A stretch of 64,000 nt of DNA from Eremomyces bilateralis CBS 781.70. Its lineage: Eukaryota. The DNA is taken from NCBI GenBank assembly GCA_010015585.1, contig ML975175.1; one strand, given 5' to 3'. Each line of letters begins with the position of its first letter. The first letter of the stretch is position 1. Below, in pieces: positions 26,133 through 39,152 of this stretch. The notes under the pieces were generated by a model. The model was given only the letters and a program-made list of their open reading frames with translations, was not told the origin of the DNA and did not search any database. The translations under genes and the position numbers were made by a program.

Positions 26133-27115
26133 ATGAACCTTATTCAATGCAAGCCCATGGTTCCTCGATTCCTTCCGGCTGCCACATCAATATATCCGTT
26201 CTTAAGAAAGATGGCCAGCACATCAAAGAGTCGATTCGCTCTTCCAAAGCAATCTGGTCAGCCGGAAATCTGGGTAACGCTGCCAGACGGGCAAGCATCA
26301 GAAGATTTACGCAATTTCGTGCCGTTCCAAACCTGGCAGAATCGGTTACAGAAAAGCATCGAAAGCCAAAATGACCCCAAGCATGCTTTTCATGATGCGC
26401 CGTACTATCTTCGGAGCATCGAGATCCAATCGGTGGATTATTTTGGAGGGCATCGCGTTGGATTCATGAAGCTCCGGGCGGAGGTATCCAATGACAAAGG
26501 AGAGAAACTTCCCGGCTCGATATTCCTTCGTGGTGGCAGTGTTGCCATTCTAGTAAGAAATATACTGACCTTCCCGGAATTTGACAAGAACTGACATGGG
26601 GATAGCTGCTCCTTCAGCCAGACGATGTCCCTCTACGGTCTGAAGAAGAGAAACATGTTGTGCTCACAGTGCAAGCCCGAGTTCCTTCAGGATCCTTCAC
26701 ATTCGTGGAACTGCCAGCCGGAATGATCGACGATGCGGGCTCATTTGCTGGGGCAGCCGCCAAGGAGCTCGGAGAGGAGACAGGACTGGTGGTGTCAGAG
26801 ACCGAGCTCATCGATCTCACCAAATTGGTCAATGGCTACGACGACATACCAGACCATGGGACGCTAGAGGAAGCCATGTACCCAAGTCCTGGTGGGTGTG
26901 ACGAGTTCATCTCGATCTTCCTTTGCGAGAAGCGCGTCGCCAGACACCAGCTGGAGGACTTCAAGGGCAAACTGACAGGTCAGAGAGACCACGGGGAAAA
27001 GATCACGCTGAAGGTCATTCCGTTAAAGGATCTATGGAAAGTGGGAGCAAGGGACGCGAAGGCCCTATCAGCGCTGGCCCTCTACAACGGACTGAAACAG
27101 GAAGGCCGGCTCTGA
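26133..27115 (+). CDS. Nudix hydrolase (ADP-sugar pyrophosphatase-like)
   Basis: ELPAGMIDD...AAAKELGEETG Nudix box, MYPSPGGCDE, GEKITLK; one intron; alternative in-frame ATGs at 26133/26157/26211. Confidence 0.9.
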
Positions 27116-27206
27116 AGGTAGATTTTGAGCAGCAATATGAAGCGCATTTGAAACGAAGTGGAGTTCTAGTATATCTATGGGGTATCTCACGACATTTAAT
27201 AAGGAA

Positions 27207-29048
27207 TTAAATCAACGCCTGTCCGCGGAACATTCCTTCGCGGACTTCCTTCACGACATCTCGCCGATCCCCTTTGCCAACCAAGACCACGCCGCGTCCC
27301 CGTCGCCCCATTCTTCCGATTCTGCCCAGGCGATGGATAAAATCGATAGTCGTGTGCGGTACATCGTACAGGATGACGTTGCGAACGGCGGTCGTGTCAA
27401 TACCACGTGAGGCAATATCCGTGACCACTAGAACCTTCACATTCGATAGCGTCTTCGACACTCCACGCGAATTGAACTCCAGCTTTGGAACCACGCTAGT
27501 AGACCCGGCGGGTTCATCGTAATCTTTCGCTGAGGTAGTCTGGCCAGGCTTTTCGGTAGTGAACTCGGACAGGACGGCCCCACCACGCATCTCGGGCGCA
27601 TCTCGATTGAGTGCGACAGCATCAATTCCCTTGGTTCCGAGGTATTTCGCGAGTTCCACGGTCTGCTCGCGCTCATTGACGAAGACGATTACCTTGAGCA
27701 ATTTCGAACCACCTACGTCATCGAAATCTTCTCGGACGGCTGACTTCCCGATATTCCAAATGGCATCTGCGCATGCCAGATCCTTATTGCCATGATACGG
27801 CTCCTTCGACACCTCAACCACGCCGAGTTGAACGCGCCTTGGAATAGCATGTAGATTAGGAGTCGTAAGACGACGGATGTCCGGCATTCGTCGCCGCAGG
27901 TATGAATCCATGCCCCTCGGGATAGTTGCAGAGCAAAGAATGTGCTGTTTGAGGCTAGGCCGACACCGCTCAAGAATGGGAAGGGTGATGGGAAGGAAGC
28001 TCTTATCCATCAACGAGTCTGCCTCGTCAAACACCAGATGCTTGACCTTGCTGAGGATCTCCGGATTGGTTTCGACGATACTGGAGAGAAGATGAGGCGT
28101 CGAAATGAGGATGTCGATGCCGCCGGGAGCGAAAACCCGGTTCCGAATGACCGTGGCGCTGTACGCAGCGGAGATACCGGAGGCGCGGAACTTGATGGTG
28201 TGGCATAGAGATTTCGCGACGCTCGTCACTTGGTCGACCAGTTCCGCGGTCGGAAGCAGAATGATGGCGCGTGGGCGGCCTGCTGCAGATTCCTCTGGCG
28301 AAGGCAGAGCAAAGGGGTCGTAGTTTTCGGACTTCTTCCTATCCTCCGCCTCGGTTTGTTTCCTGACTGCTTCCTGGGCCTCGGCGGCCTTGATCGCGTG
28401 GATGATGGGGAGAAGGTAAGATAGAGTTTTTCCCGAGCCCGTCTCTGCGGCAAGCAGAAACTCCTCCACGCCGTGTGACTCGCTCAAATTCCGTGCCTTC
28501 TTCCCATCTAACCCGAGCAATGCCGGTATGGCAACCTTTTGGATCGGAGTCGGTGATGCATCCTCCATGCTCAAGAGCGCTTGAGAACCGACCGACGCCT
28601 TGATGATCGGCAGCAGGGAGAAATCTTCGAAGGAGCCAATGTCCCGGATCTGGTCTTTAATCACGGCTCGACGCTCGTAGGAGACGTTGGCGAGCGCGCG
28701 CTGCATCTTCAAGGCCTTGAAATCGTCCGCCCGTCCGGTTGATCGGGCTCCCCTTTTGCCACTGACCCGTCGTCGTTCAGGCCGCGAGGGTTCGCGAGCG
28801 GCCGGGATGATGGGGGGTTTGGTCTGGTTCATGGCGGCGAAGGGCCCATGATTGGGTCTCCGGCGCGGTTTACCGGCAGAAGGTTTTGACTTTGGAGTCG
28901 GTCGTGCGACGGATTTGGAGAGGTCGAATCGCGCTGGGCGTTTCTTCTGGAGTTGAGACGCGCATCGTGTCTGGACGGTGGATTGCGCGTTATGGGTAAG
29001 GAAACGAGCTTCGCAACGCAAGCATAATGAAGAAAGGGAGCGAAACAT
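27207..29048 (-). CDS. MRH4: Mitochondrial DEAD-box RNA helicase Mrh4
   Basis: Presequence-like N-terminus, Q motif PTPIQ, AETGSGKT, PTAEL, DEAD, SAT, HRLGRIGR. Confidence 0.9.
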   Translation of the reverse strand: MFRSLSSLCLRCEARFLTHNAQSTVQTRCASQLQKKRPARFDLSKSVARPTPKSKPSAGKPRRRPNHGPFAAMNQTKPPIIPAAREPSRPERRRVSGKRGARSTGRADDFKALKMQRALANVSYERRAVIKDQIRDIGSFEDFSLLPIIKASVGSQALLSMEDASPTPIQKVAIPALLGLDGKKARNLSESHGVEEFLLAAETGSGKTLSYLLPIIHAIKAAEAQEAVRKQTEAEDRKKSENYDPFALPSPEESAAGRPRAIILLPTAELVDQVTSVAKSLCHTIKFRASGISAAYSATVIRNRVFAPGGIDILISTPHLLSSIVETNPEILSKVKHLVFDEADSLMDKSFLPITLPILERCRPSLKQHILCSATIPRGMDSYLRRRMPDIRRLTTPNLHAIPRRVQLGVVEVSKEPYHGNKDLACADAIWNIGKSAVREDFDDVGGSKLLKVIVFVNEREQTVELAKYLGTKGIDAVALNRDAPEMRGGAVLSEFTTEKPGQTTSAKDYDEPAGSTSVVPKLEFNSRGVSKTLSNVKVLVVTDIASRGIDTTAVRNVILYDVPHTTIDFIHRLGRIGRMGRRGRGVVLVGKGDRRDVVKEVREGMFRGQALI

Positions 29049-29903
29049 GATCTAAACGAAAGACGAGGGGAGTAATTGAGTAATTGAGGAAGGAGAAAAG
29101 TTACAACAGAAGTTCAGGGAAAAGCCATCTCAACTGAACGGAAAACTTGAAGCACGTTCTAGATATTGGCCTTGGGGCCTCAGGCACCAAACAGAAAGAT
29201 ACTAGGAGTCACGTGAAGGCGAGAGAGAGGACACGATGTTGGCCTGTAAGCCTGAGGCATGAACTTCCTCTCTTCCACACGCTGCGCAGCGTCCCTGTCC
29301 CGCCTGTGTGAGCCTGTGAGGTGACCCCTCGTGCCACTGCTCCGTCTGCTCAGTGCTCGGCCAGTAAACAAGCCAGTCTAAATCCGGAATCCATCGGGGA
29401 TTAAAACGATAAAGAACAAGTCCCAATCCCTGCCGTGGTCACATTTTATCACAAGCATCAGAGGTGGTCCCCAGACGATCAGGTGGAGGGGGTTGTCGCA
29501 GATGGTCTGGTTGTTGGGTCAACCGGCTGGTCGCATCCAACAACACACTCCACCCTTGCACTTCACCACGCCTGTGTTCCGCCGCGCAATATCAGGAGCC
29601 TTTCCCACAGCAAGACTTCTATCATTGCATCTTCCAATCTTCACACTCATTCCATCTCTCTCCCTTCACAACACTGCTTCCTTACCCAATTCCTCTTTGT
29701 TGGGCTTCTCCATTTGACCTTTCGCTTTTCCACCACTTTGGCGATCCCATCGCATTGTTGTTTACACCCCTCCTGCCGCGCAAAGAACTCCCTTTGCGCC
29801 AACCGAGTGAGGGTATCGTCCCTCCTCATTCCTTCACCTACAAACATTCCATCACTGACCTTTGGGGACTGGATTGGAACATTGCCTTTGTTCATAGGGC
29901 ATC

Positions 29904-32900
29904 ATGCCTTCGGAAGCGGTAAGGGATCTCATCTTCCAATCATCGCCATCTTGTGTTCGGTGTTTGTTGACATCACTGAAAATAGGTACAACCGCTGCGC
30001 ATCAGCAAGATGACACCCCAATCATCGCCCGTTAAATCTCGACCTCTGTCTGAGATCAGTCCGATGGAACGTCGTCGCAACTCTCCAAGCTTCAATCAAG
30101 TTACCAAAGTAGGTTTAGCAGTATCCTCTATCCCTACATTCCTTTTCTTGACTTCGTGTAACATTTTTTCACAAGCACATGAGCGAATCGCACAGTGACT
30201 GATACAATCGCAGAAGATGATTATGAATGGGCGCGAGTCATCTCCATTTGATTCATCGCCTTTGAATTCAAGCAACTGTGCATCGCCTCGAGCGTATTGG
30301 CAGTCTAAAGACACCACCTTCTCGCCCGGCCGGTACGGCAGCGAGAACTCGGTTGAACGCGAGCACTCTCCGTCTCCCAACCGGCGATCCTCGATCGAGA
30401 ATCTCAAGAAGGCTTCGCGGGTTAAGAACAGCAGCATGTTTGCGCGCGAGCAAAAGAACGAATATGACCCTGCTTCAGTTCCATACCTCGAGCGACCTCT
30501 TGCCGGCAATCGACCCCTCAGCGTCCAAGTCCAGGGCAACGCCTTCGGTGGACAAGGGCTTACTGGTTTGCGTAGCCAAAACACCCCCGAGGGGTTCAAG
30601 GGACATCGTCGAGGAGAATCACATACCAAGATTCCGCTTCTCAGCCCGACCAAGCTCTCGAATTCACAGGGCCCATGGGACTCTGAACCTAGCCCGAGCG
30701 CAGCGCGAGGGTCCCCCCAACGCTCATCCATGTCCAACATCTCCCGATATGAAATGCCAAGGACGGCGGAAGACTTGGACAGCAGCATGGTCTCAGAGGG
30801 TGGGTCCCAAATCAGTTCGTCCACCCCACGCCCAGTCCTCCGTCGCCACGCAAAAAGCGTCACATTCGACGAGGCGCCACCAAAGGTCAATGAGTACGAG
30901 ATGGCAACACCCGACCCTTCCTCTATCGCCTCTGGTTCTCGCGAGGGCAGTTACGATTCAATGGACGAATATGATGACGATGAGCCAAGCTTTGAGCGCG
31001 GCTCATCGATCGATCATGATGATAGCTTTGACGCGTCCCTTGAAGACACCGAGAAGACTCCGGTGGTGCTTCCCGAGGACTGGCGCGGAATGTCTCCGGA
31101 AGACGCGAGCCTGAGCTACCTGAGCCTCCGCGACCAGTCTCGCACCGACTCCATTGGTTCCGATGGCAGCTCGCGTCCTTTGCCCGCGCTTCCAAAGTTC
31201 GAACGCCGTGAAAGCAATGGCTTAACAGCTGCTGCTGAGCGGTTGAGTCTATCTACGCGCTCCTTGCCCTCTCCCCCTCGGGCAGCCGCCATTTCAAAGT
31301 CTGACATTCTTGGAATGAAGGAATCAGCAATGTCTCTTGAGGACCGTCTGCGGCTCATGCATATTAAGGACACTCAACCAGAAACGTCGACCGCGGACGC
31401 TTCGCCATCTCATATCGCCTCAAACGGGCTGGGCATCAATATGAACAACAATAAGCCTGGTGCTGATAAACCCGCTGCGGCTGGGATCCTAAATCCAGGG
31501 GCGTTCAAGATCCCTCGTATCTCACGGGAATCGATTCTTCGAAAAGTGAAGTCTCGCACCTTCGACACCTATGAGGACTCAACGGATGCCTCATCTCCGC
31601 AATCCAGCCCGGAGCGGCAGCTGACGGACTTGGACCTCGCCAACCTTGATCCTGATGTCCCCATCCCTTCTCGGGAGGCCTCCTCCCAATTTGACGACGA
31701 TGTCCCTGAGAAGAAGTTCGACGAGAGCGCAGACGAAGTGGATGTCTACAGCATCCCTGACATGTACAGCGTTGAGCGGTCTCCTTCTCGTATGGATGAC
31801 TACGATGACGCACTGGAGGTGGTTGATGGAGGTTCTCAGCAGCGTGATGGACCTATCACTGAAGGCCTCGCGCAGAACGATGCGTCAGAGCATACCCCAG
31901 ACAAAGTGGGCCTCCCGGAGTTCTCCTCCATGCTGGACGATGAGGATTTCAAGACCCGCCTCAGCTCCTTCGTTTCTACTCAACCCGAGGAACCCATTGC
32001 AGCAACCAAGCCTCCGCTGACTGAAACCAAGCCTGAAATCCAGCGTCCCGTAACGCCTGAGCAGGAGCTTGATGAGGATGAAGAGGATCCCGGCACCCCG
32101 GGATCAATCATCCATCATCCTCCTACCATCGTCGAACCGGTTCGAGACTATTCTCCATCCGTCCCAGAGCCGATCGCAACCATCAAGGCACCAGGCGGCA
32201 GGCTGAAGACCCGCGCGTCTGCTACACCTGCTGATCTGGCGGCGATGGCACAACAGCGACGGATCGTGAGCGGTGAGCGTCCGCCTCCCATTCCCGAGAA
32301 GAGCTCAAAGAGGCTGAGCATGAGTGTGGAGCCTGAAGAGTTCCATATGGAGAACTCCCGCCCTACCACTGCGGAGTCTGCTGGGTCTGCTGGGTCTGCG
32401 GAGTCTGCGGACACGGTCTACAGCACGCAGTCGGATTCCGGCATCCGCCGCAGCGCAAGTTTGAAGAAGAAACTTGACATCCTCAACGTTCCAGTTGCGG
32501 GCCTTGGTGATGAACTCGGTCTTGACAAGGAGTTCGATCGCCTTCTTGAAGCATCAAAGGTAGACTTGGCCCTCTCATCTGGTTCCTCTCTTTATCCACT
32601 TCCAAGTCAAGCTCAATTTCCACCGCAATATCAACAAGAGGCCGAAAGCGGCCTTTGTGGAACTGCGGAGCACCCCTCTGGATCTACTTTCACGTCTCAA
32701 CAACCGTCCCTTGCAAATAGTGCTACATCACAGTCGTGGATCAACGCTAATTTCACACTCCGCAAACAGAAAGGATACCTCATGCGCCAAAACACCAAAG
32801 TGGTCGTCGCCTCTTCACGCCAGTTTAGTGATGAAAAGCCGTCCACCGCACCCTCGGATGGCGGTGTCCCCCGCGAGAACCGTCCGACTTCCCCCCGCAA

Positions 32901-34748
32901 GCACGCCCAGCGAGACATCAGTGGCAGCAAACCATGGACCACGGAGGCCTGGAATGGTAAGATGAGGCGCAAGAGCATTCGCACCACGTCCGGTGGATCG
33001 CCAAAGAAGTCGCTTAACAGCCCTGTTCCACCGCTGCCTGGCCAAGAGAGCGCTGTCTCGGGGGCCCAAGGTTTGGGAATCGTCATGGAGGATAACGCTA
33101 TGGACTGCTTCGATGACGAGACTGGTGAACGTGGTCGTCTCTTCGTCAAGGTTCTTGGCTTGAAAGACCTTGGAATGCCACTTCCTTCCAGTAAGTCGAT
33201 TCCTAGATGTAATCCGTTTCACGGCTAATGACACATCGCAGATGAACGCACAAACTTCCAGCTCACCCTTGACAACGGGCTTCACTGTGTGACCACTGCA
33301 TGGCTTGAACTTGGCCGCTCTGCTCCAATCAACCAAGAGTTCGAGCTTGTTGTGTTGAACGACCTAGAATTCCAACTCACTCTACAAACTAAACTCACTC
33401 CGCCGCCACAACCAGCCCAATCTGCTCGTCCTACTTCACCCACCAAGGGCCATAAGGCGCAGAAGTCTACCTTCTCTCGTCTCGCATTCCTTTCATCCCC
33501 CAAGAAGCGCAAGGATGCCGAACGCAAAGCTGCAGAGGAAGCTGCCGCTGCTCAGCGTGAGTCACAAGCACAAAGGGAAGCGGACGCTCGACGTGCCATG
33601 AGTGCGAAAACCAATCCAACTGCCTGGGATCTCATGCACAATCTTGTCGCCCAAGATGGATCATTTGCCCGCGCGTACGTCTGTCTCAAGTCGCATGAGC
33701 AAAACTGCTTCGGCCGACCGTTCACGGTTGATATCCCTTGCTTCAACGAATGGGCTGTCGATGACTCCGATCCGAATGTTGAAAACAGCGTCCGAAGCCG
33801 ACGCGGAGCGTTGGTTCGCAAGCCGCCTTACAAGGTGGCCCACCTTACCCTGCAACTACTCTATGTGCCCAAACCGAAGGGTGCCAAAGATGAAGATATG
33901 CCCAAGAGCATGAGTGCTTGCGTGCGTGAGCTGCGTGATGCCGAAGAGGCAAAGAAGCGGAATTTTGAGGGATACCTCAGCCAACAAGGAGGCGACTGCC
34001 CGGTATGGATGACCGATAATAACTCCCATCGATGTCTACTCGCTAACAAGTGAAATAGTACTGGCGTCGACGCCTTTTCCGCCTCCATGGTCACAACCTG
34101 ACAGCTTACCATGAGACCACCCATCAACCTCGTGCCACCATCAACCTTGCCAAAGCCAGGAAACTTATCGATGACCGTTCTTCGCTCATCAACCCCGACA
34201 CGGCCGCACCTGGCAAGAAGGGTCGTCGCAAGTCTGCATTCGCCGAGGAAGAAGAGGGATACATGTTTGTCGAAGACGGCTTCCGCATCCGCTTTGGGAA
34301 CGGTGAAGTCATTGACTTTTATGCGGATAAGAGTGAAGACAAGACTGCCTGGATGCAAGTCTTGTCCGAAGTCATTGGCAAGGATACGGCTTCAGGCCAG
34401 AAGGGATGGACGGAGATGATTCTCCAAAAGGAGCGACAGGAGCGAAAGGCCGGCGTTCCACCTCGGCCATCGTCCGAGGGCAACGATCAAGCCAGCCGTG
34501 CGCCGTTTTCTCAGCCGCGACATGCTGCCCATCAGTCCATGGATTCCGGTCCGAGGATGCGGCCGCAGATGAATGTCCACAGTACCAAGAGCGTCCCGAG
34601 CAGCCCGGTGAAGGGTCAAGTGCCAGTGCACATGCAGACGAACGCGAGCCCCACGAAACCTCATCATGGGCGAACGAGGTCGCAGATTCCCGACGCGGCG
34701 AGCGCGATGGAGCAGCGACGGAAGAAGGTCCGTTCAATGATCTTCTGA
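29904..34748 (+). CDS. BUD4: Bud4/anillin-like septin-associated protein (DUF1709 + PH)
   Basis: 15-nt first exon 29904-29918 spliced to 29986 gives MPSEAVQPLRISKMTPQ; KSVTFDEAPP, GRLFVKV, TLDNGLHCVTT, GSFARAYV, EGYLSQQGGDCP/YWRRR PH domain. Confidence 0.9.
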
Positions 34749-35251
34749 ACGGGACGTGTGGGATTTCATTGGGTGCACATGGTGTGTTTTATAATACGCA
34801 GGAAGTCCGTGCTCTATACTTTTTTCTTTTTTTCCTTGTCTAGATGTTCGATGAACTCTCTGATGTGTCACCGACCGGATGACTCCGAGGTTATGAACTC
34901 TCTCCAAAAGAACGCGCTTGGGTAGTCTCCAGGGTTGTGAATCGATCGCTGCGCTGCCCTTGACGCCTGTTCTGATTTTTCTTGTGCGTCTTTGCTCTAT
35001 CGGGGAGTCGCAACCGGTTTCTGTAATCAATTGGCTTCCTGCCATAGGCTATCAATATAAATATTCCAACCACCCCTGGCCCACGTAGGTACTGTACGTA
35101 CCGGCTTGTAGTATGTTCCACATGGTCCCCGAACACGCCTTGGGTGTTTCCTCATTGGCCCATGAGCTAACTGGAGATCTATTCTGGCCATTCCAAACAG
35201 CCATAGCCCGCCGTACACGATCGTTGGATGGTCTGATCCGAAACGGCCCCT

Positions 35252-35903
35252 TCATAGGAGCTTAAGATGCCCTGTAACTTGATCTATCACGCTCTTAGGC
35301 CCAGGTCCAATTCCAAGCACAGTCGCACTATTCGCTGCAATCTGCGTGCGCCCGGCATCATGAATCACCCTCGCGCAGAGTCCCAAGCTCATCGCCCTCG
35401 CCTGCAACTCCAACAGCTCATCCTCACTCTTCACCTGCACCGCCACCTTCGCCTGACCGCGGGACTCCCAGCGCGACAGAACGGGGCTCTTCGGCGTAAC
35501 CGATGCCAACGACTTGTAGCAGGCCAGTGTTGCATGCGAGCACTGGGCGGCGATTTTTCCTGCACCGTGAGTCAGGAGATTGTCCACCATCCCATGAACT
35601 TCACGTACCTTTCGTCATCCCAAGGTCGGTTCGTACCACAAGGATAAGCTTGAATTCCTCGTGGCTGTTCACGAAACTTCCCAGCTCGCCGATCTCACTC
35701 AGGTCGCTGTCCGAGTCGGAGTCCTCTGTCTCCTGGTCCTCCTTGCTCTTGCTGGACCTCTCTATCGCTGTCGGTTTTCTTTGTGAGAAGACCCCAATGG
35801 CGGACGCCTGCCCTAGAAAGTAGCCGGTCACACCGGCTATCACGGCGGATGCAACCGCTATCGCGCCGACTGAGGGGGGCGGTCGGTCCATTTGTGATGC
35901 CAT
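35252..35903 (-). CDS. PTH2: Peptidyl-tRNA hydrolase 2
   Basis: N-terminal TM anchor, KLILVVRTDLGMTK/GKIAAQCSHA, DAGRTQIA, VIDQVTGHLKLL. Confidence 0.96.
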
Positions 35904-36403
35904 GCTTTGACAGTTGAGGAGATGATGGGTTCTGTTAAGCCCTGCTGTACTCTGCCTTACTAAGCCAGACTGCAATGCACGTCAGCCGAATTATACTCCG
36001 GCTCTCTAGGTGGTGGGATAACCGTACCTTTTTCCCTGGTCGTTGTCCCCCTGGTGTACCTGAGAAATATCACGAAAAGCGCGTGGAGGGCACAGGGACC
36101 CAGTCAGCATTGGCACGAGTTTGATGTTGCACGTGAAATTAGTGGCTCAGCTTTAGTTGGACGGGTGTGGCTTGACCACCCCCTGCGCAGCGGTCTTGGC
36201 GCTGGCCTGCAGCAACGACGTCGACGTTCAACGCTGCGCATGTCACCGGAGCTCCGGGGATCCTCCAACTTCTCGTCACTGACGACAATTCCGATTAACC
36301 CCCATTTCACAAATCGTGTTTTCTAAAGTTTTTACTGTGCTCTGAAACTTTTCAAGGCTATCTTTTCCTCTTCTTCCGAGCGGCTGCCGCCTTTATACCC
36401 AAC

Positions 36404-38549
36404 ATGTGGGACGACGAGGAGGACAACAACCCATATGGCTCCTTTGCGCAGAGGGAGCCAGCCCCGTTGCCTACCCATCCAGACTCGCCAGAGGGTACGA
36501 ACTCAGCTGTGGCTACCTACAATGCCTTCGATAACGCTAATATGTCTCCAGAGGCGTTCCATACCCATGGTACCCCGCCTTCGTCATCTCCAGAAGCGCA
36601 ACAGGAACCGCCGGACTACGGGTCGCATTCACTCAGTGATGTCGATTACAATGATACGGAGGCCGGCAGGGATCCCATCGAACCGAAAAAGGGTGGGTAT
36701 GACAGTCGAATCGAGCAGATCCTATACGAGAATCCCAACCTACCGATCATAATCACCACCGCAGGCAAGAACGTGGAGAGCGGAGGCAGCTATATTGCGT
36801 ACGCAATTCGTACCGGCGTAGGTGACCTTTCCTAAAATGAGGGTTCGTTTCTAAATTCCCGTACTAGGACCTCGAAGTTCGAAGAAGATACTCCGAGTTC
36901 GCTTCCTTGCGACAAACGATTGTCAACCTTCATCCGACCCTGATCATTCCTCCCATCCCCGAGAAGCACAGTATGGCGGACTATGCAGCGAAGCCGACCA
37001 AAGCGAAAGAGGATGCGGGGATCATTGAGCTCCGGAAACGGATGCTTTCGGTGTTTCTGAACCGCTGTAGGCGGATGAAAGAGGTCCGGGAAGACGGAGT
37101 GTGGTGGCGGTTTCTAGACCCGAACGCCAGCTGGGTACGAGCATGATCTTTCTCGACCCTTCTCATCGCATAGCTGATTGATTTACTACAGTCCGAAGTT
37201 ATGCGAACGCCTCCTGTCTCTAATCTTCCGAAAAACATCCTGAAATCGCCGCCGTTGGACGCAGCAAACCCCAGTCCAGGCCACAACTACCTTCCCATTC
37301 CATCCGTATCGGCCAAGCTGAGGGTGTCCGGCTCAAATGCAAACACAGGCACGCCCACCTCGCCCTCATCGTATGACGAGCAACCGTCAACAGTAGCTCA
37401 TACAATTCCAGGTCCACAAGTCGGTCGGTTTCCTCCGTCATCTCAGAACCTCTCCGAGGAGGAGCTAGATCCATACTTTGTCAATTTCGAGGCTTCCTCG
37501 AAGGAGTTGGAATTGCTGTTACAGGGTAGCATGGAGAAGGTCAATCGTCGGACACTCGCGCATTACTCGTCGCTGGCCGACGACATGGCCGAGCTGGGTG
37601 CCCGATACAATGCGTTTTCTCTGTCGGAGCAATCACAGGGCCTCGCCGTAGCGATCGAGAAGGTCGGTCAGGCGGCCGATGCAACGTTCGTTGCGACCAC
37701 CGAGCTTAGCTCTTCGCTGAGCGCCGAGTTTGCCGAGCCAATGCGAGAGAGCGCACAATTCGCGGGTGTAGTTCGGAACGTGCTGAGGTACCGGGTGCTC
37801 AAACGGATCCAGCAAGAGATGACGCGCGATGAGCTGGAGAAAAAGCGGCTTCATCTCGATAATCTAGAACGAAGCGAAATGGAATCTCAGCGACTGAATC
37901 ACTACCTCGAAGGGGCGGGACCGTCTTCTGGGACGCGACAAAAGCGGTCATTTTCGTCCGGTAGCGCATCCAGCCGCGGGAGGACGGACAATGCGGAGAC
38001 GGCGTCCATCGACTCCGATTTTCCTCCCACGCATGGCGACTCGCCGCCAACCTCAAGGCAAGGTGGGCCGCAAGGGAACGAGTCCCCGGCACATCGGAAG
38101 AGTCAAAGCGGAGGGTTCATGGCGAGTACATTCGGCCGCATCGGGCATGCTTGGCAAGGGTTCACGGATGCAAATCCGGAGAGGAACCGGAGAGACCAGA
38201 TTGGGAAGACGAAGGAGTCCTTGGTGCAGGCGAGTGCATCGAATTCCGGAAAATGGTTCTTCTCGCTAACCGTTATAAAGCTCGAACAAGCTCTCGTCGT
38301 CTCGGAGAAAGATGTGGGGGATGCCAGTTCTGGGGTATTAAAGGACTTGAAGCGGTTCCAATCTGAGAAGGAAGAAGACTTGAAAAGATATATGGTATGT
38401 CCTCGGTTCCATTGGTTGATACAGAGACTAATCGTTTTCCGCAGATCGCTTTCGCGAGATGTCACATTGACTGGGCGAGACGCAGTCAGGCTGCCTGGGA
38501 GCAGGCCAAAAACGAGGTGGAGAACATCGAGGTGACCGAGGGGGGATGA
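36404..38549 (+). CDS. SNX41: PX-BAR sorting nexin Snx41/Atg20-like
   Basis: YIAYAIRTG/DLEVRRRYSEFASLR...LHPTLIIPPIPEKH PX motif followed by helical BAR; 5 introns including GC-AG 38230-38280. Confidence 0.9.
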
Positions 38550-38640
38550 GGTTTTGGGCTCAATGACTACTATATCACGGAAGGCGATTCATAATACGAC
38601 AGGATGGAAGGGCCATGAAACTGCCATACCTGGCGCAAGA

Positions 38641-38680
38641 TCGACGGGATCCTGACTTCGTCGACGGGATCCTGATTTCG
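38641..38680. repeat. 20-bp direct tandem duplication
   Basis: TCGACGGGATCCTGACTTCG / TCGACGGGATCCTGATTTCG (19/20 identical). Confidence 0.9.
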
Positions 38681-39152
38681 CACTGGCATGCTGCGTTCCG
38701 TTCCGCTAGACGCCGAATGGGCCTCCCGCTTAGGCGTTCCCGAATACTGGGAATAGTTTACTGAGGGCGACCGGTTACACTGCTCCGCCGAACGAAACAG
38801 CTCGTATCTTCTTGGCAGTAGAGGCATAATGCAGCATCACAATGAACATGCACACGAGATATCTTGAGTACTTTTGATGTGTCAAGTAGCTTCGATTTCA
38901 CACGCCCTTTGAGATCTCTCCGGCATCCTAAGGAATAGAAGTCCTCTTCCGAACTTGTATTGTAATCGTCGTCACTACCCAGCGGCCTTTTTGGGTTCAA
39001 GAAATTCCAGTGCCAGATCGTCAATCCCCAGCAGATTCAAACCGGCGAACCAGGCTGATCTTCCGCCTTTCGTGATCATATCGCGTCGTATCCCATGTGC
39101 GCGTGCAGTCCCGGCTCAATTCTGCCGTGGGCGACGCAACGGCCATGGAGAT

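Noticed and set aside
29435..30013. 192-aa ORF upstream of BUD4
   Set aside because: CT-rich promoter/5'-UTR sequence; the real BUD4 start is at 29904
32371..32412. 9-nt repeats in BUD4 (AESAGSAGSAESAD)
   Set aside because: Ordinary coding micro-duplication in a disordered region
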